64,000 nt of DNA, from NCBI GenBank assembly GCA_035297925.1, contig DATGYM010000411.1:246-64245 (forward strand), written 5' to 3'. The translations under genes were made by a program, and so were the position numbers. Origin of the DNA: Pyrinomonadaceae bacterium (GTDB lineage: Bacteria > Acidobacteriota > Blastocatellia > Pyrinomonadales > Pyrinomonadaceae). Shown here one piece after another: positions 38,331-48,447 of the stretch. The notes under the pieces are model-generated. The model was not told the origin of the DNA. It did not search any database and saw only the letters and a list, made by a program, of their open reading frames with translations. Numbering within the stretch: the first letter of the stretch is position 1; each line of letters opens with the position of its first letter.

Positions 38331-38972
38331 GTGCCAAAGTCAAACAGTGATAACAACTTTGCCCGCGCGCAAATGAGAGCCAAAAGTCGTTTGGCGGTAG
38401 GCCCAACGGAACCCACGGCCGATGAGCAATTGACGCGTCTGGAAGAAGACATCCGCCGACTCAAGATTGAGTTCGACATGTTCTTTAACGGTGCCTCAAA
38501 AAAGGCGCCGTATGATACGAAGGGTCGAGTCGACACTATGATGAAGCGCATCGGCGACGACCGCACGCTTAGTTACGCCCAGCGATATCGCTACAATTCT
38601 CTCGGTTCACGCTATAACTCTTTCCGCGACCTTTGGCGACGGACAATGCAGGGTCGAGAAGAAGGACGGGATCCCGGGGCCACAGCAAGGGCCACCGCGA
38701 AACAGCACGCCGTTGCAGAGTTCAAGCGAGCTGACTTCGTATGCGACGATGCGCACAAGGATGTCGAACTGGTGAAGAATCTATACAGCGCACTGGTCGA
38801 GGCGAAGAAGGTATGCGGCGAGCCTGTGGAAGATTTTTCGTTTCCCCGTTTTCATCGGCTGATTGCCGCGCAAGCCGATGGATTAAAGGAGCGACTTGGG
38901 TGTGACCGAGTTTCTTTCTCCGTTGACGTTGAGGGCGGGCATGTCAGCTTCAAGGCGCGCGGTGAAACCTAG
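38331..38972 (+). CDS. Hypothetical protein
   Basis: 213-aa ORF with a GTG start and AAGGAG 9 nt upstream, followed by a strong terminator. No motif recognised with confidence. Confidence 0.6.
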   Translation: MPKSNSDNNFARAQMRAKSRLAVGPTEPTADEQLTRLEEDIRRLKIEFDMFFNGASKKAPYDTKGRVDTMMKRIGDDRTLSYAQRYRYNSLGSRYNSFRDLWRRTMQGREEGRDPGATARATAKQHAVAEFKRADFVCDDAHKDVELVKNLYSALVEAKKVCGEPVEDFSFPRFHRLIAAQADGLKERLGCDRVSFSVDVEGGHVSFKARGET

Positions 38973-38996
38973 AAGTTGATTAGCTTAAGAAAAAAG

Positions 38997-39027
38997 GCAA
39001 CCAACCGGTTGCCTTTTTTCTTTTTTG
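38997..39027. terminator. Bidirectional Rho-independent terminator between 38331-38972 and cspA
   Basis: AAAAAA-GGCAACC-aacc-GGTTGCC-TTTTTTCTTTTTT, a stem flanked by an A-run and a T-run. Confidence 0.75.
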
Positions 39028-39088
39028 CGCTTACCGGACCGAAAGACCGGAAGCGGTCAGTGGCGTTGCCAATGCAAGCCGGGGAGAA

Positions 39089-39295
39089 CTACACCTTCAT
39101 CACATTTTCCGCCTGCGGCCCCTTCGGACCTTGTGTAACCTCAAACTCAACTTCCTGACCCTCTTCAAGAGTCTTGAAGCCGTCGCCCTGAATGGCACTA
39201 TAGTGAACGAAGATGTCCGAAGAGCCTGGCTGTTCGATAAAACCGTAACCCTTCGAGTTGTTAAACCACTTGACCTTACCGGATATTCTAGACAT
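39089..39295 (-). CDS. cspA: Cold-shock protein (CspA family)
   Basis: [15 protein letters not shown] (RNP1) and IFVHYSAI (RNP2); 68 aa. AGGAGGA lies upstream. Confidence 0.95.
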   Translation of the reverse strand: MSRISGKVKWFNNSKGYGFIEQPGSSDIFVHYSAIQGDGFKTLEEGQEVEFEVTQGPKGPQAENVMKV

Positions 39296-39420
39296 ACAAC
39301 GAATCCTCCTAACGATTCGGTAAAACGGGGGGCGAGAGCTGCTGCTTTCGCGCGACCCTGGTTAAAGCTTGTGGGCCGGACGCGCTTTTTTTAAGGGGCG
39401 CAACACGGAAACACAATCAC

Positions 39421-39468
39421 AAAAAATGCATGGTGAAAAGCGCTGTTAAGGCGCGTCTCATCATGCAT
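39421..39468 (-). terminator. Candidate terminator downstream of the M23 peptidase gene
   Basis: ATGCATGGTGA...TCATCATGCAT is an imperfect long hairpin. On the minus strand it is followed by TTTTTTGTG. Confidence 0.45.
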
Positions 39469-39602
39469 ACTTACGGCAGACAACTACTGAAGACATTGAT
39501 GTAAAGCTGGTGAAACGAAAAACCCAGGACCAATTTCGAGGCTTCGAGCTTAACGAGCGCGCATACTAAGCGATAGCAAATTCGGCTGTCAAGCAAAAAC
39601 CC

Positions 39603-40457
39603 TTATCTATTTGAGCTCATTAACAGGTATTGCAGAGGGTTTACCGGTTCATCATTAATGCGAATCTCATAATGCAAATGCGGGCCGGTGGAGCGGCCAG
39701 TTGAGCCGACGCGGCCAATAAACTGGCCTCTCGCAACGCTCACCCCTTGAACAACGTCGATGTGTGATAAGTGGCCATAGCGACTGGTAAGTCCACCTCC
39801 ATGATCGATCACGATCAACTGTCCATAACCGTTTTGCCAACCGACAAACGTCACTTTACCACTTGCGCCTGCTACAACCGGGTCGCCCCAGGCGGCGTCA
39901 ATATCCTGGCCCGAGTGAAACTCATACGAGCTTCCCCCGAAGGGATTGCGACGCCCACCAAAGCCGCTTTCCAGTTTTCCTACCACAGGCCAGATTGAAG
40001 GTGTGTAACCACGCTCGCGCAAGAGGTTTTCGTATGCCTTCATGCTGCGCTCGAGCTGGTACATTTTATCTTCCAGGGCGGCCAGGCTATTGACGTCCAT
40101 TGGCTCAGCCGGGCCGCCAGTGCCTGGCGTGACCTGTCCGTCGCTTACAACCCCCGACTTCTCCGCAAGCTTTCGCGACGTATCTTCAACAGCCTCGACT
40201 CGATTACTTAGTGCCTTCAATTCCTGACGCTGCTGTTCGTTTTCCGCCCGCAACCGATCATTTTCCACGGAGGTACGGAGATGCGCCGCCTGCTGCGTCA
40301 GTCCATAGAATCCATAAAGCGAACCACAAAGAAGGGCTGTCGCCAAAAAACCGAATATTCGAAGTGACCTTTTATCAACACAGAAGCGGCGAATGCTGGA
40401 ACTGGAGCGGGCGGTGTGGGCAATTATAAAAGCATAAAAACGGTCGTCTTTAGCCAT
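39603..40457 (-). CDS. M23 family metallopeptidase (peptidoglycan DD-endopeptidase type) with TM anchor and coiled coil
   Basis: HSGQDIDAAWGDPV, GYGQLIVIDHGGGLTSRYGHL and GSTGRSTGPHLHYEI. ATG 40457 has AGGAGAG upstream. Confidence 0.9.
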   Translation of the reverse strand: MAKDDRFYAFIIAHTARSSSSIRRFCVDKRSLRIFGFLATALLCGSLYGFYGLTQQAAHLRTSVENDRLRAENEQQRQELKALSNRVEAVEDTSRKLAEKSGVVSDGQVTPGTGGPAEPMDVNSLAALEDKMYQLERSMKAYENLLRERGYTPSIWPVVGKLESGFGGRRNPFGGSSYEFHSGQDIDAAWGDPVVAGASGKVTFVGWQNGYGQLIVIDHGGGLTSRYGHLSHIDVVQGVSVARGQFIGRVGSTGRSTGPHLHYEIRINDEPVNPLQYLLMSSNR

Positions 40458-40702
40458 TTGTTGTCTCTCCTGTTGTCTCAGCAAGAAACGGGGCGCTGAT
40501 ACAACCGAAAGCACAGCCTCCAAAGGGCGACGTGTGCAACTTATTTCTCTACGAGGTTTTTTTCGTGTCCTGCTTGAAGATTGCAGCGAATGAGGTAAAC
40601 CTCAGATATCAAGGTGAAAACCCATCCGGCCGGTGCTGCAAAGAAGGCTGACCCTATCACACGCGATAAAGGCATTGCAACCGGAGGTGATGCAGGATTT
40701 GA

Positions 40703-40912
40703 TTAGATATCGTCCGCCTCGCGGCGGCGGCGGGAGCGGTTTCTGAGCATTGAAAAGAGAATCAGGATCAATACCGCTACAAAGATTACGACGATAAGAG
40801 TCTTGATTGCGGTGATGAGAAATCCACCGACCGTGACTATGGAACCAAGCAGAGTGACGACCAATAGAATTAACGCCGTAATGCCACCAAGAGCTTTGAG
40901 AATAAATGCCAT
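40703..40912 (-). CDS. Small membrane protein (2 TM, Arg-rich tail)
   Basis: 69 aa, almost entirely hydrophobic, then RNRSRRRREADDI. It lies 21 nt after the upstream gene on the same strand. Confidence 0.55.
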   Translation of the reverse strand: MAFILKALGGITALILLVVTLLGSIVTVGGFLITAIKTLIVVIFVAVLILILFSMLRNRSRRRREADDI

Positions 40913-40933
40913 AGTTGATACCTGAATGTTTAC

Positions 40934-41701
40934 CTATGAACTTCGCTTGAACGGAAGACTTTCGCTGCCTGGTCGTCTGAATTGCGTTGTTTCTCCCGTC
41001 TTAAAGCGTGGCGCTTCACTTACCGAGCTCACCACTACAGACGGAGGTGGACGCCTCGACTCGAAGCGAACCACACGATTGCTTGAACGGCTGCGCCGTA
41101 TATAGTCAAACAGCATATAAGCGCCAAGAGCAACGAGGGCCACCGGAAGCAACTGCCGCACTGGCAACTGCACACCCAGGAGCGTGTGGAGCAGGAAGAG
41201 CGTGCCCAACACAATGAGCGTGATTCCCCAGGCAAAAGGGTTCCCATAAAGGCGGCGTGCAATCACGTCTTCTTCTGTTTCCGGTGTAAGTCCGGCCCTG
41301 ATAAGTTGTGCCGTGCGGCAGGCATCGACCGCCGCAAACAGCCAGGTGCCTAGTACGCCCAGAATGAAGAAGTGGACTCCCTGCGTAAGTACTGCCATCT
41401 GGAAGAAGCTGGCAAAGATGGCAAAGTGAACAATCGCCTTTGCCGTTTGCCCGTTATAAGCGGCGCCCAGTCCGGGTACAAATGATAAGAGGGTAGCCAC
41501 AAAGGGAGAGCTATTGCGGTAGATGAGAGGGGAACCTCCTGCTTGCGACTCGTTACGCAGCAGTTCAACTCCGGCGACAATGCAATCCTGACAGAAAGGG
41601 AAACCCCGAATACGGTGGTCACAAGCAGAGCAAAGCTGTCGCGCACATTGATTACATTGCACGACTCCGGGATTCTTTGGATGATAAGCGCAGTAAAGCA
41701 T
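40934..41701 (-). CDS. B-box-type zinc-finger membrane protein with a LiaF-like (DUF5668-like) TM region
   Basis: N-terminal CAYHPKNPGVVQCNQCARQLCSACDHRIRGFPFCQDC Cys/His cluster, followed by ~5 TM helices. Confidence 0.65.
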   Translation of the reverse strand: MLYCAYHPKNPGVVQCNQCARQLCSACDHRIRGFPFCQDCIVAGVELLRNESQAGGSPLIYRNSSPFVATLLSFVPGLGAAYNGQTAKAIVHFAIFASFFQMAVLTQGVHFFILGVLGTWLFAAVDACRTAQLIRAGLTPETEEDVIARRLYGNPFAWGITLIVLGTLFLLHTLLGVQLPVRQLLPVALVALGAYMLFDYIRRSRSSNRVVRFESRRPPPSVVVSSVSEAPRFKTGETTQFRRPGSESLPFKRSS

Positions 41702-41716
41702 TGCTCTCGGATCTAG

Positions 41717-42544
41717 TTACGGCTTGTTCTGATGGCTCTTGTTTGTGCCGGCCGATTTTGGTTGCTGTTTCTGTTGGTTGCTGCCGGGCTTTTCGTCATT
41801 GGCAGGTGGCGCAACCTTCTGCTCGCCGCCCACTAATTCCTTAAGACCCTGAGTGAGTTCTTTGATTCCACTCTTCGAGCCGGCGGCATAGCTTTGTTCT
41901 GCCAGACGCATGCTGGCGCTGTAAACGCCTCCAATTGAACCGTCTGCCGAGACGGTATTCGTGAGCACAAACACCGCGACCAGCAACATGGTGGCGACAG
42001 TCGCGAGCTGCGGGGAGATAATCGGATCAAGCCAGCCTCGCAGCCATGACGCGAGTCGTTCGCCGAATGGGGCGCGAATCTCCTCCGAAATTCGAGAACC
42101 CGATGTTGCCAGCAGTATTCTCTCGTTTAGCCCAGCCGGCAAGGGTTTTTCTTCGCCGACGTAGATGTAGCAGGTACCTATCGCGCGTACGACCTGGCCG
42201 GGAAGTTCTGTGCACCGTTCACAGAGCACCGCGTGGCGTTCCCAGCGGTGATAAAGAGATGCAGGCAGGAATCCATCAAGGTAGTCTGTAACGAATTCTT
42301 CGAAATCTTCGCAGCTCATTGCCGTCTCCGGCATCGTGCTCAAAAGTATGCGCGCTTCGAGCGCTCCCGGAGCTTCCAGGCTCGCTGCCTTACACGCCAG
42401 CATCGTGGTCTTCACTTCGCTCAGAGTGTCATGGCACACCGGACAGCGCAGGGCATGCTCGGCAAACGTCTTGTGCACGTCAGGCTCAAGTACGCCATCG
42501 AGATAGTCCGTCAGCCGGTCTTCAAAATCGTTACAAAGCATCAA
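41717..42544 (-). CDS. Anti-sigma factor with two tandem zf-HC2 modules, one TM helix and a Q/K-rich tail
   Basis: Module 1 is CNDFEDRLTDYLDGVL...HALRCPVCH...EARILLST. Module 2 is CEDFEEFVTDYLDGFL...HAVLCERCT...NERILLAT. The TM helix is LATVATMLLVAVFVL. Confidence 0.8.
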   Translation of the reverse strand: MMLCNDFEDRLTDYLDGVLEPDVHKTFAEHALRCPVCHDTLSEVKTTMLACKAASLEAPGALEARILLSTMPETAMSCEDFEEFVTDYLDGFLPASLYHRWERHAVLCERCTELPGQVVRAIGTCYIYVGEEKPLPAGLNERILLATSGSRISEEIRAPFGERLASWLRGWLDPIISPQLATVATMLLVAVFVLTNTVSADGSIGGVYSASMRLAEQSYAAGSKSGIKELTQGLKELVGGEQKVAPPANDEKPGSNQQKQQPKSAGTNKSHQNKP

Positions 42545-42611
42545 TGCTCTCTTTCCGCCCCAACTATCTCATTCGTTCTGCATTGCCCCCCGCAGCAATG
42601 TTTTTCTAAAC

Positions 42612-43259
42612 TCAAGCTTCGCTAACGGCCAGAATTTTCATCCGCCGCAAAATCTTGGCTAACTCAATACGGCCCCGGTTAATGCGCGATTTTACTGTGC
42701 CCTCGGGAATCTGCAGGAGGTCGACGATCTCCTGGTAACTCAATTCTTCGATATCTCGAAGGATCACGCAGGTGCGCAAATCGGGTGAAAGCTTGTCTAT
42801 TCCCGCCTGAACCTGTACCCCAAGCTCCTGTCGCTCCATTTCCTGTTGCACCGAACGGGAAGAAGTGTGGAGATGATAAGTGTGATCGGCCAGGTCATCG
42901 GCCTGGTTATCATGAGGTGTGCGCTGCCGTTTTCTGTAATCGTCGATTATCAGGTTGCGCGCTAGCCTCATCAGCCAGTTTTGCAGGTCGCCCTGTTTAG
43001 CGTCGTATTGTTCCAAAGATCGATAAATGCGAATAAAGACTTCCTGAGTCAAATCCTCGGCTGCATCTGCTCGCGAAGTAAACCGGTAAGCCAGGTTATA
43101 AATTCTCCGGGAGTAGGTATGCACAATCTCTTCCCATGCCGCCCCGTCCCCCGCGCGACACTTGCGAACCAATTCGGCTCCTTCATTGGCAGCCAACGCT
43201 CTTGCAGCCCCCACTGATCCTCTCCGCCTGACCGATTGTCTCAAGACCCCTCGTTGCAA
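42612..43259 (-). CDS. ECF (sigma-24 type) RNA polymerase sigma factor
   Basis: Region 2 is AWEEIVHTYSRRIYNLAYRFTSRADAAEDLTQEVFIRIY. Region 4 is LRDIEELSYQEIVDLLQIPEGTVKSRINRGR. Confidence 0.88.
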   Translation of the reverse strand: MQRGVLRQSVRRRGSVGAARALAANEGAELVRKCRAGDGAAWEEIVHTYSRRIYNLAYRFTSRADAAEDLTQEVFIRIYRSLEQYDAKQGDLQNWLMRLARNLIIDDYRKRQRTPHDNQADDLADHTYHLHTSSRSVQQEMERQELGVQVQAGIDKLSPDLRTCVILRDIEELSYQEIVDLLQIPEGTVKSRINRGRIELAKILRRMKILAVSEA

Positions 43260-43495
43260 CCCGTGACTTGCCCTTTGTCAAGACGGAATTACGATTCATC
43301 GAAACGTAAAGTTCCGGCCAAAGAGCGGAACTCCGGATTTCAGTCGCATTGAGGCGCCAATCGAAATCTTAACCCGAATAGCTTCCCCCCGCTCCGGATA
43401 GACCTTCTTGCTCCGTGTTATGAACTGTAGTAGCCTTCGCGCGGCCCAATATCTTGTGGTTCTCGTTCGAGCTGAGTCAAGCTGTTTACTAACGA

Positions 43496-44608
43496 TTGAA
43501 GCCAATTACGCGAAAATACATTGAGTTTGGAACGCTCTGCCTGCTGGCGGTTGCGATTCTGTGGTGGTTTGGCAGGAAGCTCGACTGGGGCGAAGTGCGC
43601 CAGGCGGTAAGGCATGCCAACCCTTACTTGTTGGCTCTGGCGGTGCTGGTGATTAGTGTGGCCTACTTCTTTCGCGCCGCTCGCTGGGGAGCACTGCTTG
43701 CGCCGCTGTCCCCAGCCAGTTTGCGAAACCTCTTTATCGCCACCACCGTCGGATTTGGGGCCGTGTTCCTGTTTGGAAGGACGGGAGAAGTTGTGCGTCC
43801 GGTTGTGTTGCCGATGCGTGACCCCGGCATTCGCCCCAGTGCCTCGTTTGTTACGATCATGGTCGAACGGATTTACGACATGATCGCGGTAGTGCTCCTG
43901 TTCGCGATAAATCTGCTGTGGTTCACACCGCCGGCAAGTGCAGGCGTTGAATTCGGCCGAGTTCGCATGGCGGGCATCATTCTGTTGCTGGTCGCATTGG
44001 CAGGGGTATTTGGTCTTACCCAGTTTAGAAGGAAATCTCGAGGCGCAATTGCCTGGATTCGGAAGCTGCTGGAAGGCCGACGCTTCATTCCCGCACGCCT
44101 TACGCGCGCGATCCTGAGCATTCTTGAGCAACTTGCGACCGCGCTGCGAGTGCTGGTGGATGCGCGCGAACTTGCCGTCACAGTTGGCTGGTCTGCGATG
44201 GTGTGGCTGGCCATTGCGTTCGCGAATCTGCTTGTTTACCGCGCTTTCGGGCTTCCCTTTGGCTTTACGCAAACTATTTTTGTACTTGGTTGGTCGCTGG
44301 TAGGTTCACTGGTCCCTACGCCGGGCGGCGCGGCAGGCGCCTTCCACGCCGCGACTGCTGCTGGATTGATATCTCTCGGCGTGCAACGAGAAACAGCCGC
44401 CGCGATTTCCATTGTGCTGCATGTCGTGGACTTTGGGCCGGCCCTGATTTTTGGCGTCTATTACATAGCCAGAGGCGATATCAATCTTTCGCGGTTGCGC
44501 GCTAAGACTTCATCCGAATCGGTCGAACATGCGGTTGAAGATGAACCAATTGCGGGTGAAGATCTTTTCGCGCAGACGGAGTTGGAAGCAGCGGCAGCTC
44601 GGGATTGA
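43496..44608 (+). CDS. Lysylphosphatidylglycerol-synthase-TM / flippase-like (UPF0104) membrane protein
   Basis: Polytopic, ~8 TM. N-terminal pattern LLAVAILWWFGRKLDWGEVRQAVRHANPYLLALAVL...FFRAARW is typical of this family. Confidence 0.75.
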   Translation: MKPITRKYIEFGTLCLLAVAILWWFGRKLDWGEVRQAVRHANPYLLALAVLVISVAYFFRAARWGALLAPLSPASLRNLFIATTVGFGAVFLFGRTGEVVRPVVLPMRDPGIRPSASFVTIMVERIYDMIAVVLLFAINLLWFTPPASAGVEFGRVRMAGIILLLVALAGVFGLTQFRRKSRGAIAWIRKLLEGRRFIPARLTRAILSILEQLATALRVLVDARELAVTVGWSAMVWLAIAFANLLVYRAFGLPFGFTQTIFVLGWSLVGSLVPTPGGAAGAFHAATAAGLISLGVQRETAAAISIVLHVVDFGPALIFGVYYIARGDINLSRLRAKTSSESVEHAVEDEPIAGEDLFAQTELEAAAARD

Positions 44609-44656
44609 ACTTGTCGGAAGAACGCGGATTAAAATCCATTTCTGAGGTCCAAGGCG

Positions 44657-45133
44657 ATGAAATGTCCTTTCTGCGGTTATCTGGAAGACAAGGTAGTTGA
44701 TTCGCGAGAGTCGCGCGAGGGCGAGGCGATTCGCCGGCGGCGCGAATGTTTGCGTTGTGAACGAAGGTTCACTTCGTATGAACGTATCGACGAGATTCCC
44801 TACATGGTCGTTAAGAAGGACGGTCGCCGTGAGCCGTTTGATCGAAACAAAGTGATGGCCGGAATTCTGCGCGCTTGCGAAAAAAGACCGGTGCCTTCAG
44901 CCAAACTTGACATGATCGTTAACGCCATTGAGAAGTATGTGCAGGAATCGTCCGAGCGAGAGCGGCCTACCAGCAAGATCGGGGAAATGATCATGCGCCG
45001 TCTGAAGGAACTGGATAAAGTTGCTTATGTTAGATTTGCGTCAGTCTATCTTGAGTTTGAAGATGTATCTGAGTTTATGACCGAACTTAAACACCTGGTG
45101 CGCAACCGAGCAGGCCAGGCGCGTAAGAACTAG
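44657..45133 (+). CDS. nrdR: Transcriptional repressor NrdR
   Basis: MKCPFCG...KVVDSRE...[18 protein letters not shown] zinc ribbon plus an ATP-cone. Confidence 0.95.
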   Translation: MKCPFCGYLEDKVVDSRESREGEAIRRRRECLRCERRFTSYERIDEIPYMVVKKDGRREPFDRNKVMAGILRACEKRPVPSAKLDMIVNAIEKYVQESSERERPTSKIGEMIMRRLKELDKVAYVRFASVYLEFEDVSEFMTELKHLVRNRAGQARKN

Positions 45134-45169
45134 TGTTCGCATCCCATAACATCGCGAGTATTAGCGGAA

Positions 45170-45643
45170 ATGATTAAACCTGCCCGAGCAACCGGGCTCG
45201 AACGACTTGAACTCCACCGCCTTCGCGACCGCGTCGGACGCTTATTCGCTGCGTTGCAGGAGGCAACTGTTGCTGACGATCCGTTGGCGTCGGAAACCTG
45301 GGCGCCGCCCGTAGACCTTTGCGAGACTGTGGGCGAGATCGTGTTGCGGGTAGAGCTGCCCGGACTGACAGCGGATCAGATTAAGGTCGGCGCCACTAAT
45401 TCACAGCTGAGAATCTGGGGCGAAAAAAAACGGCGTGTGCCGCGCAGTAAGATTCTGTCGCATCTCTGTTCGGAGCGAAGTTACGGCAAATTTTGCCGGC
45501 TTGTGCCGTTGCGCTGGACCGTCGGACTCGAAAGAGCAACTGCCGATGTCGCAAACGGAATTCTGACCGTACGTTTACCTAAGATTCAGGATCGCCGCGG
45601 CGTTGAATTCAAAATTCCTGTAAGGGATGAGGCCGCCGAATAA
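45170..45643 (+). CDS. Hsp20/alpha-crystallin family small heat-shock protein
   Basis: WAPPVDLCETVGEIVLRVELPGL...ERSYGKFCR...ANGILTVRLPK. Confidence 0.88.
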   Translation: MIKPARATGLERLELHRLRDRVGRLFAALQEATVADDPLASETWAPPVDLCETVGEIVLRVELPGLTADQIKVGATNSQLRIWGEKKRRVPRSKILSHLCSERSYGKFCRLVPLRWTVGLERATADVANGILTVRLPKIQDRRGVEFKIPVRDEAAE

Positions 45644-45698
45644 TTTGCCGCTGCGACGTAATGGAAGGCCGACAACCGGGGAATAAGCAATATTAATT

Positions 45699-48149
45699 AT
45701 GGCAATAATCAAAGACGCTGAAATAACCGAAGGCATTGAGATCGCTGAAAACAGCCAGGATTTACAGATCCCAAATGATCTGCCGGTCCTGCCGCTGCGC
45801 GACATTGTTATCTATCCGTTCATGATTGTCCCGCTGTTTGTGTCGCGGGAGAAATCCATACGTGCGGTGGATGAAGCACTGGGCGAGAATCGGATGATCC
45901 TGCTGGCTTCGCAGAAAGACCTGGACAAGGAAGAACCCACTGCTGAGGACCTGTACAAGGTAGGCACTGCGGCGGTGATCATGCGCATGCTCAAGCTGCC
46001 GGATGGGCGCATACGAATCCTCGTACAGGGACTTGCGCGCGCCGAAATCGAGTCGGTGGACACGACCGGCCAGTACATTCGCGCGCGCGTGCATGTGATG
46101 GAAGAGGGCCTGCCGCCGGAGCGCTCGCTGGAGGTCGAAGCTTTAGTGCGAAATGTGCGCGCTTCGATGGAGAAGGCCATCAACCTTGGCAAGAATATTT
46201 CGCCGGAAGTGATGGCCATCATCGCCAACCTCGACGACGCCGGTCGCCTTGCGGATCTTTCCGCATCCAATCTTGAACTCAAAGTCGAGGATGCGCAGTC
46301 TGTCCTCGACATTCCCGACACGACCGCGCGACTGCGACGGGTAAATGAACTGCTCAACAAAGAAATTGAGGTGCTGACGGTTCAGCAGGAAATTAATACG
46401 CAGGCCCGCGCCGACATCGATCGTTCGCAACGCGAGTTTTACTTGCGACAACAGATGAAAGCGATTCAAAGTGAGCTGGGCGAAGGCAATGAACTCGCAG
46501 AGGAAGTGGCGCAGTTTAGAGAAAAGATCGAAGCTGCAAATATGCCGAAGACCGCCGAGGAAGAGGCGCTGCGACAGTTAAAGAAACTCGAACGCATGCA
46601 TCCCGATGCTGCCGAGACCGCTACGGTGCGAAATTGGATGGAGATAATGACCGACCTGCCCTGGTCGAAGTCATCGGTGGACAATCTGGACCTGCAAAAA
46701 GCCGAACGGATTCTGAACGAAGATCACTACGGCCTTGAGAAGGTCAAGGACCGCATCCTCGAGGCCCTCGCCGTGCGGAAGCTAAAGGAAAAACCCAAGG
46801 GCCCGATTCTTTGTCTCGTCGGTCCTCCGGGAGTTGGTAAGACTTCGCTCGGACGATCGATAGCGCGCGCGCTTGATCGGAAGTTTATGAGATTGTCGTT
46901 GGGCGGCGTACATGATGAGGCGGAGATCCGGGGACATCGGCGAACTTACGTCGGCGCGATGCCCGGCCGCGTTATTCAGTCGATTCAACAAGCCGGCACC
47001 AATAATCCACTGATCATGCTCGACGAGATCGATAAAGTGGGTGCAGATTTTCGTGGCGACCCATCGTCGGCGTTATTAGAAGTGTTGGACCCCGAGCAAA
47101 ACAACAGCTTCCGGGACAACTACCTTGGCGTTACCTTCGACTTATCGAACGTAATCTTTATGACGACCGCAAATGTACTCGACACCATTCAGCCGCCTTT
47201 GCGTGATCGTATGGAGGTTATTCGCCTGGCCGGTTATACCGAAGAGGAAAAACGCGAGATAGCGCGGCGGCATCTTCTGCCAAAACAGATGGATGAAAAT
47301 GGCATTACGGCTAAAGATTTACACATTTCAAAGACGGCTCTAGCTGCGCTGATTCAGCAGTACACGCAGGAAGCAGGGCTGCGACAACTTGAGCGTGAGA
47401 TTGGGCGAATCTGCCGCAAGGTGGCGCGGCGCATCGCGGAGGGCCACAAGGGTTCAATTAGAGTTTCACTAAGAAACCTCCACGAATTTTTGGGGGCGCC
47501 AAAAGTGATTCCCGAGGAAGTGCTCAAGAAGGATCAAATCGGAATCTCTACGGGCTTGGCATGGACGGCTGTCGGCGGAGACGTGCTTTTTATCGAAGCG
47601 CTGAAAATGAAAGGCAAGGGTAACCTGGTGCTTACCGGCCAACTGGGAGAGGTCATGCGCGAGTCGGCCCAGGCGGCTTATTCCTACGCCAAGTCCAGAG
47701 CCAAGGAACTTGAGATCGACGAAGAAGATTTCAATAACTATGATCTGCACATCCACATTCCAGAGGGTGCCATTCCTAAGGATGGGCCATCGGCAGGAAT
47801 TACGCTGGCCACAGCAATGGTGTCGGCGCTGTCAGGTCGTGCAGTGAGGAGAGATGTTGCCATGACGGGCGAGATTACTTTGCGTGGAAATGTGCTTCCC
47901 GTTGGCGGCGTCAAGGAGAAAGTACTGGCGGCGCGGAGGGCTCGAGTATCAACCATTATTCTTCCGCTGCAAAACAGACGCGATCTCGACGAGGTTCCCA
48001 AGGAGCCTTTCAAGGATATTCGATTCGTCTTCGCCGAGAACATGCGTCAGGTATTTCGCGAGGCACTGAAAGAGAGAGTGGTGCCGCCGGTGACCTCCGG
48101 ACCACGACCGCAGAGAATGCCGCAGGCGGCCGCTGCGAGGCCTGCCTAG
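45699..48149 (+). CDS. lon: ATP-dependent protease Lon (La)
   Basis: LPVLPLRDIVIYPFMIVPLFV, Walker A GPPGVGKTSLGRSIA and protease motif PKDGPSAGITLATA; 816 aa. Confidence 0.97.
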   Translation: MAIIKDAEITEGIEIAENSQDLQIPNDLPVLPLRDIVIYPFMIVPLFVSREKSIRAVDEALGENRMILLASQKDLDKEEPTAEDLYKVGTAAVIMRMLKLPDGRIRILVQGLARAEIESVDTTGQYIRARVHVMEEGLPPERSLEVEALVRNVRASMEKAINLGKNISPEVMAIIANLDDAGRLADLSASNLELKVEDAQSVLDIPDTTARLRRVNELLNKEIEVLTVQQEINTQARADIDRSQREFYLRQQMKAIQSELGEGNELAEEVAQFREKIEAANMPKTAEEEALRQLKKLERMHPDAAETATVRNWMEIMTDLPWSKSSVDNLDLQKAERILNEDHYGLEKVKDRILEALAVRKLKEKPKGPILCLVGPPGVGKTSLGRSIARALDRKFMRLSLGGVHDEAEIRGHRRTYVGAMPGRVIQSIQQAGTNNPLIMLDEIDKVGADFRGDPSSALLEVLDPEQNNSFRDNYLGVTFDLSNVIFMTTANVLDTIQPPLRDRMEVIRLAGYTEEEKREIARRHLLPKQMDENGITAKDLHISKTALAALIQQYTQEAGLRQLEREIGRICRKVARRIAEGHKGSIRVSLRNLHEFLGAPKVIPEEVLKKDQIGISTGLAWTAVGGDVLFIEALKMKGKGNLVLTGQLGEVMRESAQAAYSYAKSRAKELEIDEEDFNNYDLHIHIPEGAIPKDGPSAGITLATAMVSALSGRAVRRDVAMTGEITLRGNVLPVGGVKEKVLAARRARVSTIILPLQNRRDLDEVPKEPFKDIRFVFAENMRQVFREALKERVVPPVTSGPRPQRMPQAAAARPA

Positions 48150-48447
48150 AAAAATCGTCGTTTTTAATAGTTTTGGAAGCGAGTCGCTTTAGGCTCTGAA
48201 GTAGGACAATTTGGCTGCAATTTGCGAGGGCAAATTGCAAAATTTTATACAACTCTGAGAGGGATTATTGAATCTTAATTGTTGGTTTCTTGACACGAAG
48301 TTTGTAAAAAGTAACGACCCCGATAGTTACGCATAGTTGCCTGTTTTTAGAGCGGATGTTTTGAATCGACTGCCCTTTTTTGATTCGTTCAAAAAGCCCC
48401 GAGAGGCCCGACAGTTTTAACTTAAGATTACTTAGGAGCTTAGAATA

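Noticed and set aside
43418-44272. 284-aa minus-strand ORF
   Set aside because: It is antisense to the polytopic UPF0104/flippase-like gene, and its translation is R/Q/H/N-rich with no motifs. The plus-strand product has a coherent TM pattern.
45812-46360. 182-aa minus-strand ORF, and others antisense in lon, ppk1, the phosphatase gene and the AKR gene
   Set aside because: They are antisense to unambiguous housekeeping genes and have Ser/Arg-rich translations.
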